In this document: positions 25,102 to 34,247 of the stretch, piece after piece
Layout of the letters: each line of letters begins with the position of its first letter
How positions within the stretch are numbered: position 1 is the stretch's first letter
Origin: a virus
IMG/VR virus record: IMGVR_UViG_3300045988_154892
Reading direction: 5' to 3' (one strand)
DNA length: 64,000 nt
Notes under the pieces: model-generated
Database searches by the model: none
Told to the model about the DNA's origin: nothing
What the model saw: the letters and a program-made list of their open reading frames with translations, nothing else
Position numbers and translations under genes: made by a program

Positions 25102-25296
25102 ATGACAATTAAATTTATTAAAGATGTTGTCTTCAAAGATCAAAAAGAAGACAGTGTAAAGATTAAAAAAGGGAAGATTCTTACAGCAAGAATTGTAACA
25201 AATGAAGATGGGAAAGAAGAATACGAAATAAAACAGAAGAAGAATGTATTTACAATCCCATCAACAATGAAAGATGTAGTGTTTGTAGTTCTGTAG
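25102..25296 (+). CDS. hypothetical protein
   Basis: GGAGAGAATAAACATT then ATG. Confidence 0.55.
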   Translation: MTIKFIKDVVFKDQKEDSVKIKKGKILTARIVTNEDGKEEYEIKQKKNVFTIPSTMKDVVFVVL

Positions 25297-25356
25297 TTTG
25301 GTTGAAAGAAGAAGAGAATATATAGGTGATAATAAAAATTTGAAGGAGATGTTGCT

Positions 25357-26043
25357 ATGTTTAAAGCACAACGAGGATTAAAAATTTGTTACAAAGTAGA
25401 AGATAAAATATTATCTCAACACTTTAAAACAATTGAAGATTTTTTACAAACAGAATTTCCAAAGAGTAATAATCCATTGTCACCTACTCTTGATACAGAG
25501 ATTACAGGAATTAAATGGAACGGCAGTACTATTTCTATTCCCAATAAAATTCACACAGTAAGAGATTTGTCTGACTTATTAAGCAAAGAAAATGTAGAAA
25601 ATATTTTTATTTCAAATAGAGATGTTAGGCTGCATAAGATTAAACCAAAATATGATGATCTTATCAGAAAGTCCACATATTCCATAGAATATGTGGACAG
25701 TAAGGTTAAAGATGTTTTGTTTGAAAAAGACAAGCGAAATGCAAAAGTTGATTTTGATGGAGATTTGATTAAAGGCAATAGTCAACGATATCAGACATTT
25801 TTTACAAAAGGCTGTAAATGCTCAGTTTGTGGAATTGAAGGACAATATTTTGCGAAAGAAAGACATTTGCAGGATAAAAGTTATCATCTGAATTTGTATG
25901 CAGTTGATGATAATGGTGATGAAATATTAATGACAAAAGATCATATTTTACCACGTTCAAAAGGTGGGATTGATGATATTAGTAACTATCAAACAATGTG
26001 TAAGCCTTGTAATGAAGCAAAAGGTAACAAATTAGAAGATTAA
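25357..26043 (+). CDS. HNH endonuclease
   Basis: C-terminal CSVCG...KDHILPRSKGGIDDISNYQTMCKPCNEAKGNK. Confidence 0.8.
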   Translation: MFKAQRGLKICYKVEDKILSQHFKTIEDFLQTEFPKSNNPLSPTLDTEITGIKWNGSTISIPNKIHTVRDLSDLLSKENVENIFISNRDVRLHKIKPKYDDLIRKSTYSIEYVDSKVKDVLFEKDKRNAKVDFDGDLIKGNSQRYQTFFTKGCKCSVCGIEGQYFAKERHLQDKSYHLNLYAVDDNGDEILMTKDHILPRSKGGIDDISNYQTMCKPCNEAKGNKLED

Positions 26044-26068
26044 ATAAGAAAGGACAAAATAGAAAAGT

Positions 26069-26091
26069 TCCTATAGGATAAAGTGCGCACT
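26069..26091. promoter_or_regulatory. two adjacent perfect 10-bp palindromes TCCTATAGGA and AGTGCGCACT
   Basis: At 26069-26078 and 26082-26091, 23 nt upstream of the RNA ligase start. GTGCGCAC recurs at 55473-55480. Confidence 0.3.
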
Positions 26092-26113
26092 ACTTACTAA
26101 TGGTAAGAGGGAC

Positions 26114-27283
26114 TTGGAGAATAAGGAAAGAGCATTAGCCCATATTGAAAAAATTGAATGGGTAAAACCAATTGAAGGAGCAAATAATATTGAACTCATT
26201 GGAGTGTTAGGATGGGTTTGTGTAGCAAAGAAAGGTGAGTTTCAGACTGGTGATTTAGCAGTTTATATTGAAATTGATAGCAAGTGTCCTGAAAATGATG
26301 AACGTTTCGAGTTTCTGGCAAACAAGAAATACAAAGTCAAGACGATGAAACTTGGAAAGTTTAAAGTAATTAGTCAAGGATTAGCACTTCCATTATCTCT
26401 ATTTCCAGAACTAGATGGAAAAAATATTGGTGATGATGTCAGCAAAGATCTCAAAATTACATATTCTTCTGAAGAAGATGTCAAACGAAAAAGCAATTCT
26501 ATTGATCCCAATGCAAAATTCAAATCTATGGCAGCTCGCCATAAAAATCTCGCAAAGAAAAAATGGTTCAGATGGTTAATGAAACGTGAGTGGGGGAAGA
26601 AATTATTATTCTTCTTTCTTGGAAAGAAACGTGATAATCCAAAGGAGTTTCCAAAATGGATTGTTAAAACCGACGAAACGAGAATTGAAAATGCTCCTTT
26701 TTACTTGCAGAATAAAAACCCATGGATTAAGACAGAAAAATTAGATGGTACTTCCTGTACATTCGCTATAGACCGGCAGAAGAAAGGTAAGGATAAATTC
26801 GAATTTATTGTTTGTAGCAGAAATGTCAGACAAGCAGATAAAAATCAGGAATGCTATCATGACTCTAATATTTATTGGGAACTTGCTGATAAATACGGTA
26901 TTGAAAGCGTATTAACAAAATTGGCAATTGAGAATAATTATGATCGAGTTGTGCTACAGGGTGAAGGAGTTGGATACGTACAGGGTAATCCATATAAATT
27001 TAAAGAGAATAGATTGTATGTATTTAATCTTATTATTGAAGGTAATCGTGTAGGGACGAAAGAGATGGCAGATTTTTGTGATGGTAATAATCTGTTACAT
27101 GTGCCGATTATTTCTACAGAATATTATTTACCTAAAACAATGGAAGAAATGAAACTCGAAGCTGATGGATATAGTGAGATTAATCCAAAAGTTCGAAGAG
27201 AAGGATACGTCTATAGATCTCAGGATGGACAGCAGAGTTTTAAAAATGTCAGTCGAGAATATTTATTAAAACATAATGGATAG
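26114..27283 (+). CDS. ATP-dependent RNA ligase (N-terminal OB, DraRnl/Rnl5-like)
   Basis: N-terminal IEKIEWVKPIEGANNIELIGVLGWVCVAKKGEFQTGDLAVYIEIDS. Motif I EKLDGTS, motif IV LQGEGVG, C-terminal SFKNVSREYLLKH. Confidence 0.8.
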   Translation: MENKERALAHIEKIEWVKPIEGANNIELIGVLGWVCVAKKGEFQTGDLAVYIEIDSKCPENDERFEFLANKKYKVKTMKLGKFKVISQGLALPLSLFPELDGKNIGDDVSKDLKITYSSEEDVKRKSNSIDPNAKFKSMAARHKNLAKKKWFRWLMKREWGKKLLFFFLGKKRDNPKEFPKWIVKTDETRIENAPFYLQNKNPWIKTEKLDGTSCTFAIDRQKKGKDKFEFIVCSRNVRQADKNQECYHDSNIYWELADKYGIESVLTKLAIENNYDRVVLQGEGVGYVQGNPYKFKENRLYVFNLIIEGNRVGTKEMADFCDGNNLLHVPIISTEYYLPKTMEEMKLEADGYSEINPKVRREGYVYRSQDGQQSFKNVSREYLLKHNG

Positions 27284-27292
27284 GAGAATTGG

Positions 27293-28183
27293 ATGAATAG
27301 ACCTACGCTTTGGGTTATGTGCGGGCTGAGTGGAAGCGGAAAATCTACCATTGCCAAGCAATTAGCACAGGAACATGAAAATACAGTTATCGTATCGTCA
27401 GATTCGGTCAGAGAAGAATTAACTGGCGATTATGAAAATCAGGATCATAATGAAGAAGTATTTAAAATATTTCATAAAAAAATTCGTGAGAACTTAGAGA
27501 ATAATAAAAATGTGATTGCTGATGCAACCAATATTACTATGAAATCAAGACGTGCAATTCTTGAGAATGTAAAAGGAATTGATTGCCATAAGGTTGCTTA
27601 TTTGATTCCAAAACCATTTAGGCAATGTAAGATTGATAACCTAGACAGACAACATCCTGTGCCTGAAGAAGTGTTGGATAAGCAGATTAGAAAATTCCAG
27701 ATTCCGTTCATAAAAGAGGGGTTTGACGAGGGGATTATTCATTACATACATAATAAAAATAGATTAGATTCGTTAAAAATGTTTGATAATATGGAAGGCT
27801 TCAATCAGCAAAATCCACATCATACTTCGACACTTGCAGACCATTGTAAGAATACACATGAATTATTCTCAAGATATGGTTATCCGTCAAAATATAATCT
27901 GGCAGCGTTATTGCATGATTATGGGAAATTGTACTGTAAAGAATTAGATAATGATGGAGTTGCGCATTATTACGGGCATGATTCAATTGGTTCATATATG
28001 ATTTTAGAAAATTTTGCAGAAATATTTTATAAAGACGTTGCAGATATGTGTTTTCTAATTAATTATCATATGATGCCATTTGCCTGGAATACAGAAAAAA
28101 TTAAACGACGATGGAAAGAACGTTTTGGAGAATATAAATATCAGATGTTATTAGACTTCCATGAATGTGACATTGCTCGATAG
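27293..28183 (+). CDS. polynucleotide kinase (P-loop) fused to an HD phosphohydrolase domain
   Basis: GLSGSGKST, ADATN; HD part HHTSTLADH, LLHDYGK, YYGHD. Confidence 0.75.
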   Translation: MNRPTLWVMCGLSGSGKSTIAKQLAQEHENTVIVSSDSVREELTGDYENQDHNEEVFKIFHKKIRENLENNKNVIADATNITMKSRRAILENVKGIDCHKVAYLIPKPFRQCKIDNLDRQHPVPEEVLDKQIRKFQIPFIKEGFDEGIIHYIHNKNRLDSLKMFDNMEGFNQQNPHHTSTLADHCKNTHELFSRYGYPSKYNLAALLHDYGKLYCKELDNDGVAHYYGHDSIGSYMILENFAEIFYKDVADMCFLINYHMMPFAWNTEKIKRRWKERFGEYKYQMLLDFHECDIAR

Positions 28184-28276
28184 AGAATAAAAATTAAGAT
28201 GACTGAGATGGTCATTATTATTTTTGGACTATCTTTGTTATAGATATTCTAAAACAAATAGAAAAGGAGTGTAAAA

Positions 28277-30904
28277 TTGAAAGGACTAACAAACGAACAA
28301 GTAAAAATGAGTCGGGAAAAATATGGCTCAAACAAACTACCAGAACCAAAGCTTAAGAAATGGTATGAATTTGCGATTGAAAATATCTTTGGTGATAAAA
28401 CGCTGATGCTGTTATTAGCATTATCTGCATATGAGATTTTCGCTGCAGTATTTGGATTGGCATCATTTTCAGAACCAATCATGGTGATTTTAGTTATTTC
28501 ATTATGTACATATATTGGTGTAAAAATGGCGCTTGGTATTCAAAAATCAACACAAGAACTAAGAGCAAAGACATCAACTAGGTATTGTGATGTTATCAGA
28601 GATGGGCAAGTTCAGACAATCAACAAAGATAATTTAGTTGTTGGTGATGTGGTTTGTATTGGAACTGGACAGGAAATTTACGCGGATGGATATATTATTG
28701 AGGGTAAAATTTCTGTAAGCAATGCTGCTATCAACGGAGAAAGTAAAGAATGTCAGAAAATTCCAATTAATGGTTATGTATACAAAAAATCAACATCCAC
28801 CGATGATTTTACGAATCAAAATAGCTTATTTGCTGGAACAACGATTCTGTCTGGCGAAGGAAAGATGATCGTAGGCGAAGTTGGCGTAAACACCATAAAT
28901 GGTGACACACTTGTAAAAATGCAGACACTTGAGCCACCTAAAACAGCACTTCAGATTGCGATCGATAAACTTTGTGATACAATTTCGAGATATGGAACTA
29001 TTGCTGCAGTCGTCACGTTTATTGCACTTATGGTAACGGATATTGCGTATATTGGATTCAGAGAATATATCAATGGTGGTGTGCTAGAAGTTATCCAAAA
29101 GATTGCACAGAACATTTCGGTTGCTCTAACAATCATTGTAGCTGCTGTTCCAGAAGGACTTCCATTAATTATCAAGCTTGTTACAAAACAGAATGTTAAG
29201 ACAATGGAACAGTTCAACATTCTTGCTAAAAATCCTAATAAGATTCCTGAGTTAGCATACGTTGATCTTATTTGTACTGATAAAACAGGGACTCTTACGA
29301 CTGGTGTTATGACGCCTGTAACTATTATTGATGGACAAGGTAATGAAGTAGATCATGGTTCTGATCTTTGGAAAAATATTGTAAATAATATTTGCTTAAA
29401 CAACAGTGCTACATATGATTCAGAGAATAATATCACAGGTGGAAATTCCATTGACAGAGCGGTTTTAAGTCTTGTTAATCCAAAAGAATGTGAAGATATT
29501 TTTGGAAAGTATCCATTAGTTCAGAAGCAAACTTTTAGTAGTGAAAATAAGTATTCTGCTTTTGAGAGCAAATATAACTGGGGCGAATCGTTTACATATT
29601 ATAAAGGAGCACCTGAAAAACTGATCGAGCATTGTACGCATTGGCTAGATTTAGAAGCCATTCCATTTGGTGGGGATGACAAGAAAAAGCTGTATGACAA
29701 AATTAAGGCTTTAACTGAAAAGTCTATGCGTTGTATCGCTCTTACATTTTCTAATTCACCGCTGGTGGAGAATACATTACCAGACAACATGGTACTTCTC
29801 GGAATCATCGGTGTCATTGACCCAGTAAGAAAAGAGGTTCCAAAGGCTGTGCAGGTCGCTCATGAAGCTGGCATTCAGGTTATCGAGATTACCGGTGATT
29901 GTCATGAAACTGCAGTAGCCGTTGCTACGGAAGCTGGCATTTATAAAGAAGGTGATCTTGCCCTTACAAATGCACAGTTTGAAGCGATGTCTGACGATGA
30001 AGTCAAGAAAATTATTCCTGTACTTCGAGTAATTTCCAGATGCTCACCTAATACAAAACTGAGACTTGTAACATTAGCACAGGAGCTTGGTAGATCAGTA
30101 GCTATGACAGGTGACGGGGTTAATGATAGTCCAGCATTAAAACGAGCTGATGTAGGTTTCGGTATGAATGCTGGATCTGATGTAGCAAAAGAAGCATCCG
30201 ATATTATTCTAACAGACAATAACTTCGCAAGTATTATTAGAGGTGTGGAACTTGGCAGAACATTTATGCACGATATCATGATGTTTTTGGAGTTTCAGTT
30301 GCCAATTAACTTTTCACTTCTTATTTTAAGTATTCTATTTCCTATTTTATCTGGCGGAGTATTACTAGCTTCCGTTCAAATTCTGATTATCAATATTATC
30401 ATGGACTCACTTAATTCCTTATCATTTGGCGGTGAACCTCCGAAAGCTGAATATATGACAGAGAATCCAATTAAGAAGGGTTCTGGATTGTTTATTCGAG
30501 GTGCAAAGAAACGAATTGCTATTAGCACAGTAACATTTATTGTACTATATGGAATTCTTATGTTTTCACCAGTATCAAAATTATTTACAACAGATGTCGA
30601 AGCTATGACTGCAAGATTTGCAATGCTTTGCATCATGTCTGTATGCAATGGATTTGGTATTCGTACAGAACATATTAATTTGCTCAATGGACTGAAAAAC
30701 AATAAAACATTTGTATATATTGCAGCAGGTATTGTACTTGGAACTATTGCCTTATGTAATGTACTCGGTGGACTTATCCAGGTAACAGCAATGAATATGA
30801 GTCAGTGGATCGCAATCATTGGACTATCACTCACGGTAATCGTGGTTGATGTTATTCGAAAATTATTTATCAAAGGAGAGAATAAAAATCATGGGACTAT
30901 TTGA
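28277..30904 (+). CDS. P-type (P2, Ca2+-type) cation-transporting ATPase
   Basis: ICTDKTGTLT, PEGLP (TM4), KGAPE, TGDGVNDSPALKRADVG, NIIMDSLNSLSFGGEPP (TM6-like). TTG start after AAAAGGAG. Confidence 0.9.
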   Translation: MKGLTNEQVKMSREKYGSNKLPEPKLKKWYEFAIENIFGDKTLMLLLALSAYEIFAAVFGLASFSEPIMVILVISLCTYIGVKMALGIQKSTQELRAKTSTRYCDVIRDGQVQTINKDNLVVGDVVCIGTGQEIYADGYIIEGKISVSNAAINGESKECQKIPINGYVYKKSTSTDDFTNQNSLFAGTTILSGEGKMIVGEVGVNTINGDTLVKMQTLEPPKTALQIAIDKLCDTISRYGTIAAVVTFIALMVTDIAYIGFREYINGGVLEVIQKIAQNISVALTIIVAAVPEGLPLIIKLVTKQNVKTMEQFNILAKNPNKIPELAYVDLICTDKTGTLTTGVMTPVTIIDGQGNEVDHGSDLWKNIVNNICLNNSATYDSENNITGGNSIDRAVLSLVNPKECEDIFGKYPLVQKQTFSSENKYSAFESKYNWGESFTYYKGAPEKLIEHCTHWLDLEAIPFGGDDKKKLYDKIKALTEKSMRCIALTFSNSPLVENTLPDNMVLLGIIGVIDPVRKEVPKAVQVAHEAGIQVIEITGDCHETAVAVATEAGIYKEGDLALTNAQFEAMSDDEVKKIIPVLRVISRCSPNTKLRLVTLAQELGRSVAMTGDGVNDSPALKRADVGFGMNAGSDVAKEASDIILTDNNFASIIRGVELGRTFMHDIMMFLEFQLPINFSLLILSILFPILSGGVLLASVQILIINIIMDSLNSLSFGGEPPKAEYMTENPIKKGSGLFIRGAKKRIAISTVTFIVLYGILMFSPVSKLFTTDVEAMTARFAMLCIMSVCNGFGIRTEHINLLNGLKNNKTFVYIAAGIVLGTIALCNVLGGLIQVTAMNMSQWIAIIGLSLTVIVVDVIRKLFIKGENKNHGTI

Positions 30905-31664
30905 CAAACTTTTTGGAAAAAAGACTTCAACAACAAATACTATGGCGGATAATACATCCGCTGTGGTACATGAAGAAAATGCAGCGCAGCCAGTTGTAAT
31001 TGACATGTCTAAGTCAGCAGAAAATCTAAATAATGTGCTAATTAATATGTCGAAATCAAGCAAGATTGATATGACCAAGCATCAAGCAAGGGTTGCGCTC
31101 GCTATGGACTATTCTGGAAGTATGGGTAATCTTTTTGGAAACGGATCTGTACAAGATGTAATTACAAGACTTTTGCCAATCGCTCTTAAATTTGATGATG
31201 ATGGTAAGTTAGAATCTTGGCTATTTTCAAATGATTTTGATTTTCTGAAACCAGTGACAATTGATAATTATAAGAACTATGTTCGAAAAATTATGATGAA
31301 TTCTCGTATGAGCATGGGTGGAACTAATTACGCTCCAGTCTTGAAAGATATTGTTTCCTATTATAAGGACATTGAGCCAAGTACAATTCCAGCATTTATC
31401 ATTTTTATTACAGATGGTGAAAATTGGGATACAGACGAAACAAATAAAATTGTGAGAGAGCTTTCTAATTACAATATGTTTGTACAGTTTGTTGGCATTG
31501 GAAATGAGAATTTTAGTTATCTGAGATCTCTGGATGATATGAAGGGTAGAAAATGTGACAACACTGGATTTATCGCAGTCAAAAACATGAATAGAATGAT
31601 TGACGAAGAACTATATACAGAGCTTTTGAGACCATACAAAGATTGGCTAAATAACAAACAGTAA
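30891..31664 (+). CDS. vWA domain protein (TerF C-terminal-like)
   Basis: MIDAS AMDYSGSMG, FIIFITDGEN. ATG overlaps the ATPase 3' end by 14 nt. Confidence 0.8.
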   Translation: MGLFDKLFGKKTSTTNTMADNTSAVVHEENAAQPVVIDMSKSAENLNNVLINMSKSSKIDMTKHQARVALAMDYSGSMGNLFGNGSVQDVITRLLPIALKFDDDGKLESWLFSNDFDFLKPVTIDNYKNYVRKIMMNSRMSMGGTNYAPVLKDIVSYYKDIEPSTIPAFIIFITDGENWDTDETNKIVRELSNYNMFVQFVGIGNENFSYLRSLDDMKGRKCDNTGFIAVKNMNRMIDEELYTELLRPYKDWLNNKQ

Positions 31665-31683
31665 AAAAGGAGAATATAAAACT

Positions 31684-32322
31684 ATGGCAAACGTAATTAA
31701 TATGAGTAAAAACCAGAAAATCAGCATGACAAAAGAAGATGGAACTGCAATTAAAAACTTTTTCATCGGTGTAAATTGGGATCAGAACCGTTATGCTGGC
31801 GAAGCAGATATTGATTTTGATATTAACGGATTTCTTACAAACGCTGACCGAAAGGTAACTTATCCAAAAGATATCGTAAACTATAATACATATGGTGATG
31901 GTAGCGGATATCCGTGGGTAGAATATTCTGGAGACAATCTTACGGGCGATGATTCTCAAGGGATTACTTTTGACGGACATCATTATGATGAATATTTTAT
32001 TATTCATGCAGATACATTTCCATCAGATAAAACAGACTTCACAATTTGCCTTACTATTTTCAGAGCTGTACAGAGACTACAGAATTTTGGAATGGTTAAT
32101 AACGCAACTATGATGATCTGTGATTATGACAATCCGACAACAAAATGGGAATATGATCTTTCTGAAAATGAGAATTTTGAAAAACTGAACGCTGTAGAAA
32201 TGGGAAGATTATATAAATATGGTAACGGATTCAAATTTCAAGCACTAGGATCTGGTTATATGGGTGGAATGACAGAGCTATTCAAAAATTTTGGACTTGA
32301 TATTGATGAAGGTAGGGACTAA
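31684..32322 (+). CDS. terD: TerD-family Ca2+-binding stress protein
   Basis: IGVNWD, DIDFDINGF, SGDNLTGDD, QNFGMVNNA, FKFQALG. Confidence 0.85.
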   Translation: MANVINMSKNQKISMTKEDGTAIKNFFIGVNWDQNRYAGEADIDFDINGFLTNADRKVTYPKDIVNYNTYGDGSGYPWVEYSGDNLTGDDSQGITFDGHHYDEYFIIHADTFPSDKTDFTICLTIFRAVQRLQNFGMVNNATMMICDYDNPTTKWEYDLSENENFEKLNAVEMGRLYKYGNGFKFQALGSGYMGGMTELFKNFGLDIDEGRD

Positions 32323-32324
32323 TT

Positions 32325-33059
32325 ATGGCAACGTTCATGATCGTAATTCTTGTAATTGCAGCAGTTATATTCTTTACAACAACTAAAACAGGTAAGAGAC
32401 TAAAAATGAGAGCATCAGGAACTGCTGACGAAATGATTAGCAATGATGCGTCTACTCCAGATGGAGCTAAAGCGTATTATAATTCTATAATCTCCAAAAA
32501 AGGAGATAGTTATATAAAAGCAAATTCTTTATATACTCAAATTGAAGGTAAAATCCAGAATTATGAAACACAATTAAGACAGTTGCAGAAAGAGAATATG
32601 CAGATGGATCTTAGTGTTGCATCCTGTATTGATAGAAATGATGACGAAGGTGCAAAAGCATATTTGGCGAAACAACAGGAAGTCGCAGACAAAATCGAAA
32701 CGATTAAAACAACGCTAAAGGAATTAAAAGAGAATAGAGATGTACAGAAAGAAAATTTAACAGCTCTACAGGAAGAAATCAAATCTTTAAAAGCAGAAAA
32801 GGATAAAGCAGTATTCACACTCGAAGCTGCCGAAACTGTGAAATCTTTGCAATCTATTCCAAATACATCAACGCAGGAAGAAAATAAGATGCTTGAGAAA
32901 GTACGCGAAGGTGTCCAGAAAACAAAAGAGCAAGCTGACGGCACAAGAATTGCTTATGAGAATTCCACTGACGTCCAGATGAAACGTTTGGATAAAAAGA
33001 TGAAAGACGAAGAACTTCAGAAAAAATTAGATGCGCTGAAAGCAGCTCAGAAAAAATAA
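32325..33059 (+). CDS. PspA/IM30-like coiled-coil protein with N-terminal TM helix
   Basis: TM MATFMIVILVIAAVIFF, then a long heptad region with DDEGAKAYLAKQQEV...LQEEIKSLKAEKDKA resembling the PspA helices. Starts 2 nt after terD. Confidence 0.55.
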   Translation: MATFMIVILVIAAVIFFTTTKTGKRLKMRASGTADEMISNDASTPDGAKAYYNSIISKKGDSYIKANSLYTQIEGKIQNYETQLRQLQKENMQMDLSVASCIDRNDDEGAKAYLAKQQEVADKIETIKTTLKELKENRDVQKENLTALQEEIKSLKAEKDKAVFTLEAAETVKSLQSIPNTSTQEENKMLEKVREGVQKTKEQADGTRIAYENSTDVQMKRLDKKMKDEELQKKLDALKAAQKK

Positions 33060-33066
33060 TATATTT

Positions 33067-33098
33067 TACTTCGTGCGGTGTAATAGCTGCACGGAGTA
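33067..33098 (+). terminator. 10-bp hairpin with 12-nt loop GGTGTAATAGCT
   Basis: TACTTCGTGC/GCACGGAGTA (one G-T pair). Loop nearly identical to the hairpin at 13361-13390. Confidence 0.45.
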
Positions 33099-33143
33099 CT
33101 AAGTGAAATAACACTATACAGCAAGAGAGAATATGGAGGTGTA

Positions 33144-33362
33144 ATGATGCGAAATCTAGATATATTGAGAGTTATGCCAGTTGAGGATTTAGCTGAATTT
33201 CTGGTTCGTTTAGATATCAAATCAACAGCTAATATTTTGGATGAAAATTTATGTTTGGCTGGAAATCTCGTTTGGCAATCACCGTCTAGAAAACATTTTG
33301 AGCATAGAGATGAGGCAATTGAAGATTGTATTCAGTGGCTAAATGAAGAGATTGGAGAATAA
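33144..33362 (+). CDS. hypothetical protein
   Basis: GGAGGTGTA then ATG. Confidence 0.6.
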   Translation: MMRNLDILRVMPVEDLAEFLVRLDIKSTANILDENLCLAGNLVWQSPSRKHFEHRDEAIEDCIQWLNEEIGE

Positions 33363-33366
33363 AACA

Positions 33367-33777
33367 ATGGGTAAAAATATTAATGAGATTCTTGATAAAA
33401 TCATTAGAAAAGAAGATCAGACACCGTACATTATTAAAAATGTTGAAGATGGATTAAAAAAGCGTGATGAAGAAATTGCTCGATTGAGAGAAGAGAATAA
33501 AAGATTAAGAGATGAAGTTTATAAAGATTCTGAATTACAGATGATGAAAAGCAAATGCGAAGCAATGCAGGAAGAATTAAATCGAGGGTTCACAATTTCA
33601 GAGGATGAAGAATCAATGATTAATATATGGGTGATGAACCATATGAGAAACAAGCATCAGACAGTTGGATATTCTAACGGTCAATTCAAGTATGAATTTC
33701 AAGAATTTGCAGAAGTTGAATTTGGAACAATTATTTGTACAAAGTGTGGTGAAAGGTTTAATTTTAGACAGTCTTAG
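33367..33777 (+). CDS. hypothetical coiled-coil protein
   Basis: GGAGAATAAAACA then ATG. Confidence 0.6.
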   Translation: MGKNINEILDKIIRKEDQTPYIIKNVEDGLKKRDEEIARLREENKRLRDEVYKDSELQMMKSKCEAMQEELNRGFTISEDEESMINIWVMNHMRNKHQTVGYSNGQFKYEFQEFAEVEFGTIICTKCGERFNFRQS

Positions 33778-33790
33778 AAGGAGAGTACAT

Positions 33791-34006
33791 ATGAATGAAT
33801 ATTGGTTAATGTTATTTTTAACGTTAGTATTAGAAATTGTTGCGATTGCAGTTGTGTCTGTATTTGGAATGACATTTATCGCAAAATCATATGATAAAAT
33901 TATTGCTTATGTTGAAAAACGATGGGGAGAGGATGTAAGTTTTGGAGTATCATGCGGAATCATTTTGACTTTCTTGTTTATCACGTTAGCTGTGATTTTT
34001 TGTTAG
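33791..34006 (+). CDS. small membrane protein
   Basis: GGAGAGTACAT then ATG; two TM segments. Confidence 0.6.
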   Translation: MNEYWLMLFLTLVLEIVAIAVVSVFGMTFIAKSYDKIIAYVEKRWGEDVSFGVSCGIILTFLFITLAVIFC

Positions 34007-34162
34007 AGAATAAATAATTGTCCAAGCATGAAAGACATAAAACTTATCATGTATCGCAATACAAGCTTCCACTTGTAATAAACTGATCACTTAAGCGATG
34101 GGTTTGGATCAGCATCCTTGTTAGGAAACATCCTAAACTGATGAAGCAACTATCGCACACAT

Positions 34163-34243
34163 GCTGGCGTGGCGGAATTGGTATACGCACTGGCTTCAAA
34201 TACCAGGATCACAGATATGTGGGTTCGAGTCCCACCGTCAGTA
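34163..34243 (+). tRNA. tRNA-Leu (anticodon CAA), class II with long variable arm
   Basis: Acceptor GCTGGCG/CGTCAGT (two G-T pairs). D arm GCGGAATTGGTATACGC. Anticodon loop TTCAAAT (CAA at 34197-34199; 31-39 C/A mismatch). T arm GTGGG-TTCGAGT-CCCAC. No encoded CCA. Confidence 0.8.
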
Positions 34244-34247
34244 TTTA

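Noticed and set aside
28951-32007. Minus-strand ORFs inside the P-type ATPase, vWA and TerD genes (28951-29220, 29599-29817, 29941-30279, 30376-30702, 30863-31078, 31579-32007)
   Set aside because: They are antisense to genes with strong motif support, have no SD or start context, and have hydrophobic or low-complexity translations typical of antisense frames.
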